Notes under the pieces: model-generated
The model's database searches: none
Seen by the model: only the letters and a program-made list of their open reading frames with translations
Told to the model about the DNA's origin: nothing
Origin: Clostridiales bacterium
Lineage (GTDB): Bacteria > Bacillota > Clostridia > Christensenellales > DTU072
Direction of reading: 5' to 3'
NCBI GenBank assembly: GCA_012838805.1
Contig: DUON01000019.1
Span: 60,560-124,559 of the forward strand
DNA length: 64,000 nt
Shown: piece by piece, positions 9,336 to 17,151 of the stretch
Layout: each line of letters opens with the position of its first letter
Position numbering within the stretch: position 1 is the stretch's first letter
Position numbers and translations under genes: made by a program

Positions 9336-10690
9336 TAAAATTTTATGGCACCGAGCATAAGGAGACCATTGAAAAAGCCGCTTTGAAAACGCTTGAACAT
9401 TTTGAGCTTTCCCCAAAAGATATCGATGTGGAAATCAATACCGCGTCTCAAGAATTGATGCAAGAACTGAACAAAAATCATAGGAATATTGACAGTGTCA
9501 CCGATGTTTTAAGTTTTGCCAATATCGACAAGAAACCCCCTTACCCAAAAGAAAAATTCGTTGGCTTCATTAATCCCACAGACAACAGCCTTATGCTGGG
9601 CGAGATATTCATTTGTGTTGAAAAGGCAAAAGAACAGGCGGAGGAATACGGACACAGTCTGGAAAGGGAAATCGGCTTTTTGGTATGCCACGGCATGCTT
9701 CATCTTTTAGGTTATTCACATGATACGCCTGAAGAGGAAGAGGATATGAACACTCTTCAAGAGAAGATTTTGGACGAATTAAACATGAAAAGGACGAATT
9801 TCAAGTCTGGTTTTGTGGCGATAATGGGACGACCGAATGCAGGAAAATCCACTTTAGTAAATACTTTGGTGGGGGAAAAGGTGTCCATTGTCTCTTGGAA
9901 GCCACAAACCACAAGGAATAGGATATTGGGAATTTATAACGATTCCGCCTCTCAAATAGTCTTTATAGACACACCGGGGCTGCATTCTCCAAGAAACCGT
10001 TTAGGGAAGTATATGATGAGGTCGGCTTTGGACGCCACCGAGGGGGCAGACGCCGTGGTGTATATCATAGACGGCGAAAAAGGCTTTTTGGACTCAGACA
10101 AAAGGAATTTGAAGAGTAATCTGGAAAAGGGCTTCAGCACAATAGCAGCAGTCAACAAGATAGACCATATCACCAAAGAAAAGGTCTTTGAGATATTGAC
10201 TATGCTCAAAGATTTCCCTCTCTTAAAAGCCATAGTGCCCATTTCCGCACTAAAAGCCAAAAATACCCAAGCTTTACTTGACGAGATAAAAAGACTTCTC
10301 ACCGACAATACAAAATATTATCCCGAAGATATGTATACAGACAAGAGTTTGAGGTTTATGGCGGCGGAGATAATAAGGGAAAAAACTTTAAGGCTTTTGG
10401 ACCAAGAGATACCTTACGGCATAGGCGTTGAGGTGACCACATTTACCGAAAGACAAAAGAAAGATATGATTGATATCGAGGCGGATATTATTTGCGAAAA
10501 AGCATCGCATAAACCGATTATTTTAGGCAAAGGGGGCTCTATGATTAAAAAAATCGGTATGTACGCCCGCCAAGATTTAGAAGAATTGACCCAAAAAAAA
10601 GTATTTTTAACCCTTTTCGTCAAGGTCGAAGAGGACTGGCGGAGTGACGAGAACATGCTTAGAGATTTGGGATACCATTCCAAAAATTAA
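9332..10690 (+). CDS. ybeY-era: Fusion protein: YbeY endoribonuclease (N-terminal) plus GTPase Era (C-terminal)
   Basis: Single 452-codon ORF. YbeY zinc motif HGMLHLLGYSH at about aa 120-130. Era G1 motif GRPNAGKST from about aa 165, DTPG, NKID, and a C-terminal KH domain (ILGKGGSMIKKIG). In-frame ATG at 9785 at the junction. Confidence 0.9.
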   Translation: MIKFYGTEHKETIEKAALKTLEHFELSPKDIDVEINTASQELMQELNKNHRNIDSVTDVLSFANIDKKPPYPKEKFVGFINPTDNSLMLGEIFICVEKAKEQAEEYGHSLEREIGFLVCHGMLHLLGYSHDTPEEEEDMNTLQEKILDELNMKRTNFKSGFVAIMGRPNAGKSTLVNTLVGEKVSIVSWKPQTTRNRILGIYNDSASQIVFIDTPGLHSPRNRLGKYMMRSALDATEGADAVVYIIDGEKGFLDSDKRNLKSNLEKGFSTIAAVNKIDHITKEKVFEILTMLKDFPLLKAIVPISALKAKNTQALLDEIKRLLTDNTKYYPEDMYTDKSLRFMAAEIIREKTLRLLDQEIPYGIGVEVTTFTERQKKDMIDIEADIICEKASHKPIILGKGGSMIKKIGMYARQDLEELTQKKVFLTLFVKVEEDWRSDENMLRDLGYHSKN

Positions 10691-10809
10691 CAAAGGTATT
10701 TGAAGCTTGAATGTGTATAATCCAAAGTGGTTTTTTACATTCTAAAGCTGTAAGATGAAAAAATCCATTATGATTTTAATGTAGTCTTACAAGCTATTTA
10801 GGTACTAAG

Positions 10810-10914
10810 ATGAAAGATGTAGAAAAGTTGTTATGGGAAACATTTAAGAAAAGCGGTCAAACCGGATATTATATGTTATATAAAGCCCTTAACGACGATG
10901 ATGAGAGAGATTAA
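10810..10914 (+). CDS. yqzL: YqzL-like small protein (34 aa)
   Basis: Not in the ORF track. ATG 10810, TAA 10912-10914. MKDVEKLLWETFKKSGQTGYYMLYKALNDDDERD resembles the YqzL W..F..TG.I..YLLYK pattern. It lies between era and recO exactly as in B. subtilis. Confidence 0.6.
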   Translation: MKDVEKLLWETFKKSGQTGYYMLYKALNDDDERD

Positions 10915-10944
10915 GTAGTCTATTGCCAATAGCTAGCGGAACAT

Positions 10945-10978
10945 AAAACCACCTTATGAATTATAACGGTGGTTTTTT
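10945..10978 (+). terminator. Rho-independent terminator
   Basis: aaaaccacc (10945-10953) pairs with ggtggtttt (10968-10976). T-run through 10978. Confidence 0.65.
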
Positions 10979-11002
10979 CCGTTTATGGGGTATAATAAAG
11001 AT

Positions 11003-11635
11003 ATGGTATTAAAAGGAATTTGCTTAAGGGCAATTAACTATAAGGAAAAGGACAAGCTTTTGACAATAGCCACATTTCAAAAGGGCAAGATTTCAGTCAC
11101 AGCAAGGGGAGTGAGAAGTCCTTCGGCAAAACTCAAGGCGGGGTGCATGCCCCTTGTTTTCGGGGAATTCTCCATAAGCCAAGGCAAGGGTTTTCCTGTG
11201 CTGACGGGAATAGATATCCAAGAAAATTTTTATAACTGTTGGACGGATTCGGATAGGAACTTGTCCGCTCTTTTGATACTTGAATTCTTAGAAAAAGTTA
11301 CTTTGGGGGAACAGGATATCTCCACAGAGATTATTTTGGCTTTGAAGGCGCTTAACGAAATCAATTATGGCAATGTCTACCCATACGCCTTATCGCTTTG
11401 GTTCATGTTGAAAATCTTGGGTTATGCGGGAGTGGATTACAGAGAAGAGGAGCTTTTTGAGAACGCTTTTCAAATCTTTGACGCCATTATAGACATGGAA
11501 AGCCACGAGGTAGAGACTTTGGATATTCTGCCTAAAAATATTCTTATGGCTATTGAATACTTGGACTTGATTATAAAAAATCGCCTTTCCATAAAACTAC
11601 ATATTGTCGACCAGATAAAAGCGTTAAATAAATGA
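11003..11635 (+). CDS. recO: DNA repair protein RecO
   Basis: MVLKGICLRAINYKEKDKLLTIATFQKGKISVTARGVRSPSAKLKA is a typical RecO N-terminal OB fold. The ORF track start at 10985 is in frame. I prefer ATG 11003, which is preceded by TATAAT (10991-10996). Confidence 0.85.
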   Translation: MVLKGICLRAINYKEKDKLLTIATFQKGKISVTARGVRSPSAKLKAGCMPLVFGEFSISQGKGFPVLTGIDIQENFYNCWTDSDRNLSALLILEFLEKVTLGEQDISTEIILALKALNEINYGNVYPYALSLWFMLKILGYAGVDYREEELFENAFQIFDAIIDMESHEVETLDILPKNILMAIEYLDLIIKNRLSIKLHIVDQIKALNK

Positions 11636-11690
11636 GAAATTAATAAAAGGTATATAAATTCATTTATCGCTAAAAAAAGGTAGAATATGC

Positions 11691-11719
11691 TTGAAAAAAG
11701 ATAAATTATCTTATATAAT
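11691..11719 (+). promoter_or_regulatory. Sigma-A type promoter TTGAAA-N17-TATAAT for ppdK
   Basis: TTGAAA at 11691-11696 and TATAAT at 11714-11719. A leader of about 40 nt ends in SD AAGAGGAGAGG. Confidence 0.6.
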
Positions 11720-11764
11720 AACCATTATAATTTAACAAAAAATATAAAAAAGAGGAGAGGTTTG

Positions 11765-14383
11765 ATGACAAAATTTGTTTATTTATTTGAAGAAGCGGAC
11801 GGAAAGAACAAAGAGCTCTTTGGCGGAAAGGGCGCCAACTTAGCTGAGATGACAAAATTGGGCTTGCCCGTTCCCGAAGGTTTTACCATAACCACGGAAG
11901 CTTGCACCAGGTATTATCAGGACGGACAAAAGATTGCTGACGAGATTATCGACCAGATTTTTGACTGTCTGGAAAAAGTAGAAAAAAAGGCGGGAAAGAA
12001 GTTTGGAGACCCCGAGAATCCCTTTTTGGTATCGGTTAGGAGTGGAGCAAGAGCATCTATGCCGGGTATGATGGACACTATTTTGAACTTAGGTCTTACC
12101 GACATATCCGTACAAGGTCTTGCCAAGCTTACCCAAAACCCCAGATTTGCGTATGACTGTTATAGAAGATTTATTCAGATGTATTCTGATGTTGTCACTG
12201 GGCTTGGAAAATCTTATTTTGAAGACTTGATTGACAAATTGAAAGAAAAAAAAGGCGTTACGCTTGATATCGAGCTGACCGCTGATGACCTTAAAGAGCT
12301 TATCGAGGAGTTCAAGGCCCTCTATAAGGAAAAGACGGGTAGAGAGTTCCCTCAAGACCCCAGAGAACAGCTTATCGGCGCGGTAGAGGCGGTCTTTAAG
12401 AGCTGGGACAATCCGAGAGCGATAACCTACCGCAGAATGCACAATATCCCCGGGAGCTGGGGCACAGCTGTAAATGTTCAATCCATGGTGTTCGGAAACA
12501 TGGGCGAAACATCGGGCACAGGCGTTGCGTTTACCAGAGACCCCGCTACTGGAAAGAAAGTGCTCTATGGCGAGTACCTTATGAACGCTCAAGGCGAAGA
12601 TGTCGTGGCTGGAATACGCACACCCCAAACTATTGACCACTTGAAAGAGACGAACGAAGAAGTTTACAATCAGTTTGTTGAAATATCCCAAAACTTAGAA
12701 AAATACTTCAAAGACATGCAGGATATGGAATTCACAATAGAAAGAGGAAAGCTCTATATGCTGCAGACCAGAAACGGCAAGAGAACGGCTCACGCCGCTA
12801 TAAAGATAGCTTGCGACCTTGTGGAAGAGGGCTTGATTACAAAAGAAGAGGCTCTTTTGAAAATAGACCCCACACAGCTTGACGAGCTATTGCATCCACA
12901 GTTTGACGCTCAGGCATTAAAGAAAGCCAAACCTGTGGCGGTAGGACTTGCAGCGTCCCCCGGTGCGGCATGTGGAAAAATCGCTTTCACCGCCGAAGAG
13001 GCTGTTGAAAGACACAACAACGGCGAGGAAGTAGTACTTGTAAGACTTGAGACAAGCCCCGAAGATATCGAGGGAATGGCGGTCGCAAAAGGCATCTTAA
13101 CTGCCAGAGGCGGAAGAACATCTCATGCCGCAGTTGTGGCACGCGGGATGGGAAGATGTTGTGTGGCGGGCTGTGGAGAGCTTATCATAAACGAAAGTGA
13201 AAAGACCCTTAAAATCAAAGACAAGGTCTACACATCCGACGATTTCCTATCGCTTGACGGCTCTACCGGCCTTGTGTACGCCGAAAAGATAGATACAGTC
13301 CCCGCACAAGTGAGCGGCGACTTTGGAAAGATTATGGCTTGGGCGAATGAAGTCAGAAGAATGAAAGTCAGAGCCAATGCCGACACCCCCGCCGACGCCA
13401 AGCAAGCAAGAGAATTCGGCGCTGAGGGTATAGGACTGTGCCGTACTGAACATATGTTCTTTGCTGAAGACAGAATTACTGCCGTTAGAGAAATGATAAT
13501 CGCCAGGACAGAGGCACAAAGAGAAAAGGCTTTGGCAAAGCTTCTCCCCATGCAAAGAGAAGATTTTGTGGGCATATACGAGGCAATGGGCGAGTATCCC
13601 GTCACAATAAGGTTTTTGGATCCGCCTCTCCACGAGTTCGTGCCCCACACCGAGAAAGAACAAAAGGCGCTTGCCAAAGAAATGGGCATATGCTTTGAGG
13701 AATTGGAGTCTATTATAAAGAGCCTTCAAGAATTCAATCCAATGCTTGGTCATAGGGGTTGCAGACTTTCAATAACCTATCCCGAAATCGCCAGAATGCA
13801 GACGCAGGCGGTTATAGAGGCGGCTATTATCAGAAAGAGACAAGGCTCAAATGTCAAGCCCGAAATTATGATACCTCTTGTGGGTGACGCCAAAGAATTG
13901 GAATATGTAAAGGCAGAAGTGGTTAAGACAGCGGAAAACATCATGGAAGCAGAGGGTGTCAGAGTGGACTACACCGTGGGAACCATGATAGAAGTCCCCA
14001 GAGCGGCGCTTACTGCCGACGAAATAGCCAAGCATGCAGACTTCTTCAGCTTTGGCACAAACGACCTTACCCAAATGACCTATGGCTTTTCAAGAGACGA
14101 TGCCGGCTCATACCTTGACGATTATTATAAGAAAAAGATTTTCGAGTCCGACCCCTTCCAGAGAGTCGACCAAATAGGCGTAGGCAGACTTATGAAGACG
14201 GGAGTAGAGCTTGGAAGAAAGACAAAGCCTGGTCTCAAGTGCGGAATTTGCGGCGAGCATGGAGGCGATCCCTCTTCGGTTGAGTTCTGCAACGAAATCG
14301 GACTGGACTATGTCTCTTGTTCACCTTTCAGAGTGCCGATAGCAATCCTTGCTGCAGCCCAAGCTGTATTAAAGCAAAAATAA
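11765..14383 (+). CDS. ppdK: Pyruvate, phosphate dikinase
   Basis: About 872 aa. FGGKGANLAEM, phosphohistidine region GGRTSHAAVVARGMG, and C-terminal PEP-utiliser TIM barrel (GLCRTEHMF, FSFGTNDLTQ). TTG 11762 is an alternative start. Confidence 0.95.
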   Translation: MTKFVYLFEEADGKNKELFGGKGANLAEMTKLGLPVPEGFTITTEACTRYYQDGQKIADEIIDQIFDCLEKVEKKAGKKFGDPENPFLVSVRSGARASMPGMMDTILNLGLTDISVQGLAKLTQNPRFAYDCYRRFIQMYSDVVTGLGKSYFEDLIDKLKEKKGVTLDIELTADDLKELIEEFKALYKEKTGREFPQDPREQLIGAVEAVFKSWDNPRAITYRRMHNIPGSWGTAVNVQSMVFGNMGETSGTGVAFTRDPATGKKVLYGEYLMNAQGEDVVAGIRTPQTIDHLKETNEEVYNQFVEISQNLEKYFKDMQDMEFTIERGKLYMLQTRNGKRTAHAAIKIACDLVEEGLITKEEALLKIDPTQLDELLHPQFDAQALKKAKPVAVGLAASPGAACGKIAFTAEEAVERHNNGEEVVLVRLETSPEDIEGMAVAKGILTARGGRTSHAAVVARGMGRCCVAGCGELIINESEKTLKIKDKVYTSDDFLSLDGSTGLVYAEKIDTVPAQVSGDFGKIMAWANEVRRMKVRANADTPADAKQAREFGAEGIGLCRTEHMFFAEDRITAVREMIIARTEAQREKALAKLLPMQREDFVGIYEAMGEYPVTIRFLDPPLHEFVPHTEKEQKALAKEMGICFEELESIIKSLQEFNPMLGHRGCRLSITYPEIARMQTQAVIEAAIIRKRQGSNVKPEIMIPLVGDAKELEYVKAEVVKTAENIMEAEGVRVDYTVGTMIEVPRAALTADEIAKHADFFSFGTNDLTQMTYGFSRDDAGSYLDDYYKKKIFESDPFQRVDQIGVGRLMKTGVELGRKTKPGLKCGICGEHGGDPSSVEFCNEIGLDYVSCSPFRVPIAILAAAQAVLKQK

Positions 14384-14410
14384 GTCTTTAATTAAAAAAA
14401 TATCGAAAAG

Positions 14411-14435
14411 ACCGCTTTTTCAAAGCGGTTTTTTT
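14411..14435 (+). terminator. Rho-independent terminator
   Basis: accgcttt (14411-14418) pairs with aaagcggt (14422-14429), 3-nt loop, then TTTTTT. Confidence 0.8.
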
Positions 14436-14506
14436 GATAATAAAGTGTAATGAAATGCAGTATGAATTATGGTACAACTAAACTATGAAATCAGGAGAGA
14501 TTAATA

Positions 14507-14822
14507 ATGGTTGAAAAAGTATATCAGTATTCCATAACTGATGAACGCAAAAATCGAAAAAATCATATTTGACGAGAATATCAACTATATCCACATGGTT
14601 TTTAATAAAGGGCAAAATCTGCCCATTCATTATTCAAATTCCAATGTGTATATGACCGTTGTCAGAGGGGTTTTGACCATTGGCTTAAACGACCAAGCCA
14701 AGAACAAATACCCCAAAGGAACTATCCTAAAAATTCCTATTGATACAAAAATGGATGTCAAGAATGAGGACAAAGACATATTGGAGCTTATTGTAATTAA
14801 AGCACCGTCACCAAAAAAATAG
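14507..14822 (+). pseudogene. Small cupin-domain protein, apparently disrupted by a 1-nt frameshift near codon 13 (or an assembly error)
   Basis: ATG 14507 has SD AGGAGAG 8 nt upstream and encodes MVEKVYQYSITDE before stopping at 14570-14572. The cupin body (ORF 14541-14822, no SD) continues in the +1 frame as ..AKIEKIIFDENINYIHMVF... Confidence 0.5.
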
Positions 14823-14867
14823 AACCCCAAAATACTTTAGACAATATGCAAGCTGTTTTGATTTATA

Positions 14868-14896
14868 TTGACTTTCCCCCTTTTTTTTAGTATGAT
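14868..14896 (+). promoter_or_regulatory. Sigma-A type promoter TTGACT-N17-TATGAT for pcrA-ligA
   Basis: TTGACT at 14868-14873 and TATGAT at 14891-14896. Leader carries SD AAAGGGG before TTG 14933. Confidence 0.5.
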
Positions 14897-14932
14897 TATC
14901 TTACCTATTTCAAATTATAAAAGGGGTATGTT

Positions 14933-17143
14933 TTGCTTAATCTCGACTTATTAAACGACAGCCAAAAAAAAGCCGTTCTGGACACAGAGGGCGCCGTTCT
15001 TGTCTTTGCTGGGGCGGGGAGCGGAAAAACCAGAGTGCTGACTTACAGAGTGGCTTATCTTATTGAAAAGGGCGTATCTCCATGGAATATCCTTGCGATA
15101 ACCTTCACTAACAAAGCCACCAATGAGATGAAAGAAAGGCTTTATGCAATGCTGGGAGAAGACTATAAGCCGTGGATAGACACATTCCATAAGCTTTGTT
15201 CGGCGATTCTTAGAATCCACGCTCAAAAAATTGGATACGATAGGAACTTCAGTATTTTTGATACTATCGCTTCTGAAAGAATAATTAAAAGAGTTCTTAG
15301 AGAAAAGCATATGGACGAAAAAAAATATAAGTCCAAAATACTCCACCATATCTCCACAGCCAAAAACATGGGGCTGGACAGCGACAATTATTTTGACTAT
15401 ATCAGGCTTAAGAACAGGGACGCCATGGATATCGTCGAATGTTATGACAGATATCAGCAGATACTTTTGGAAAACAACGCCATGGATTTTGACGACCTAT
15501 TGTTTAATGCCATAAAGCTTTTTAAGGAACACCCCGATGTTTTGGAATACTATCAAAACCGCTTTCAGTATATCCACATAGACGAATTTCAAGACACCAA
15601 CCAAGTGCAAATGGAGCTTGCGAGAATGCTCAGCCTAAAATGGGGAAATATCTTTGTTGTAGGTGACGATGACCAGAGCATATATGGGTGGAGGGGAGCG
15701 AATATCGATAACATATTGGATTTTGAGAAAAGCTTCAAGAACGCCAAAGTTTACAAGCTTATGCAAAACTACCGTTCCACCCAAGAGATACTCTGTACCG
15801 CCAACAATGTCATCCGCCACAATTCATCCCGAAAAGAAAAAATGCTCTTTACCGACAGTGAGAAAGGCTTAAAGACTGAATTCAATATCGCGTTCAACGA
15901 CCACAGCGAAGCGGAATGGGTGCTTGAAAACATAAGAGCGCTGAAATACCATAACGATTATAAAAACAGCGATTTTGCCATACTTGTCAGGACAAACGCA
16001 CTTACCCGACAGTTTGAGATAAAGCTCAAGCAAGCGGGTATACCTTATTGTGTGTACGGCGGTTATAAGTTTTTCGACCGTCAAGAAATACAAGATATCT
16101 TGGCTTATATGCGTGTGCTTGTCAATCCTAAGGATGACGAAGCCTTGACCAGAATCATAAACTTTCCCAGAAGAGGGATAGGAGACAGCACAATAGATAT
16201 TTTAGTAGATTATTGCAATAAGGCAGAAAAGCCCTTATTTGATGCGGTTATGGATATTAATTCCAATAAAGATTTATCTTCTGCGGTGAAAAACAAAATT
16301 TCAGCGTTCAAGGAAGTTTTGGACGACCTTTTGAGTGCAAAACAATCCTTGGACCTATATGAGTTTATTAAGTATTTGTTAGAGAAATTGGAGCTGGAAA
16401 AGTATTATAACGAAAAAAACAAGGAAGAGGACATAAACAGGTGGGAAAACTCCTTGGAGCTTGTATCGCACATAAAAGAGCAGACAAAGACCAACCCAAG
16501 CCTTACCATGGAAGAATTTTTGCAGACCATAACGCTTGAAAGTGATGTGCAAGAAGAAGATACGGACAAGCTTATTGTGGGCACCATGCATTCGGTGAAA
16601 GGTCTGGAATTCAGGGCGGTGTTTATTGCGGGATGCGAGGAGGGAGTCTTTCCTTCAAGTCTGTCCATGAACGAAGAAAACGGGGTGGAAGAGGAAAGGC
16701 GTGTCATGTATGTGGCAATAACCCGAGCTAAGGAAAGGCTTTTTATCAGTTGTGCACAGAATCGCTTTAGATTTAACAGCGTACAGAGCTTAATCCCGTC
16801 AAGGTTTATATACGAGGCTATGGGAGAGCAAAAAACCCCCGAAAGCCAGCCCGCAAGAATGGGCAGAAGATTTGAGAGCATAAAATACGAGACGGCGTTC
16901 CCGTCCACGCCCTCAACCCCTACCTACAATCCCAAGCCCCAAATACAAGGCAAACGGGAAAAGGTCTATAACAAGGACACAAAAGGCTTTGTCGCTGGTG
17001 CGAAAATAACGCATAAAAAATACGGCGAGGGAACAATTCTTGTAGTGACGGGAGAAGGAATGTCCAAAACCGCCACAATAGCCTTTGAAGGATTGGGTAT
17101 AAAAAAATTCGCATTGGCAAATGCTCCCATAGCATTGAAATAG
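14933..17143 (+). CDS. pcrA: ATP-dependent DNA helicase PcrA (UvrD/Rep family)
   Basis: 736 aa, TTG start. Helicase motifs AGAGSGKT, TFTNKA, DEFQDTN, GDDDQSIYGWRGA, YRS, VTRAKE. Confidence 0.93.
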   Translation: MLNLDLLNDSQKKAVLDTEGAVLVFAGAGSGKTRVLTYRVAYLIEKGVSPWNILAITFTNKATNEMKERLYAMLGEDYKPWIDTFHKLCSAILRIHAQKIGYDRNFSIFDTIASERIIKRVLREKHMDEKKYKSKILHHISTAKNMGLDSDNYFDYIRLKNRDAMDIVECYDRYQQILLENNAMDFDDLLFNAIKLFKEHPDVLEYYQNRFQYIHIDEFQDTNQVQMELARMLSLKWGNIFVVGDDDQSIYGWRGANIDNILDFEKSFKNAKVYKLMQNYRSTQEILCTANNVIRHNSSRKEKMLFTDSEKGLKTEFNIAFNDHSEAEWVLENIRALKYHNDYKNSDFAILVRTNALTRQFEIKLKQAGIPYCVYGGYKFFDRQEIQDILAYMRVLVNPKDDEALTRIINFPRRGIGDSTIDILVDYCNKAEKPLFDAVMDINSNKDLSSAVKNKISAFKEVLDDLLSAKQSLDLYEFIKYLLEKLELEKYYNEKNKEEDINRWENSLELVSHIKEQTKTNPSLTMEEFLQTITLESDVQEEDTDKLIVGTMHSVKGLEFRAVFIAGCEEGVFPSSLSMNEENGVEEERRVMYVAITRAKERLFISCAQNRFRFNSVQSLIPSRFIYEAMGEQKTPESQPARMGRRFESIKYETAFPSTPSTPTYNPKPQIQGKREKVYNKDTKGFVAGAKITHKKYGEGTILVVTGEGMSKTATIAFEGLGIKKFALANAPIALK

Positions 17144-17151
17144 AGGTGTGT

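Noticed and set aside
10968-10996. A full sigma-A promoter for recO.
   Set aside because: A perfect TATAAT (10991-10996) lies 6 nt before ATG 11003. However, the position where a -35 box should be is occupied by the terminator stem (ggtggt), and no TG extension fits. It is kept only as the weakest member of the leaderless set and not listed as a promoter feature.
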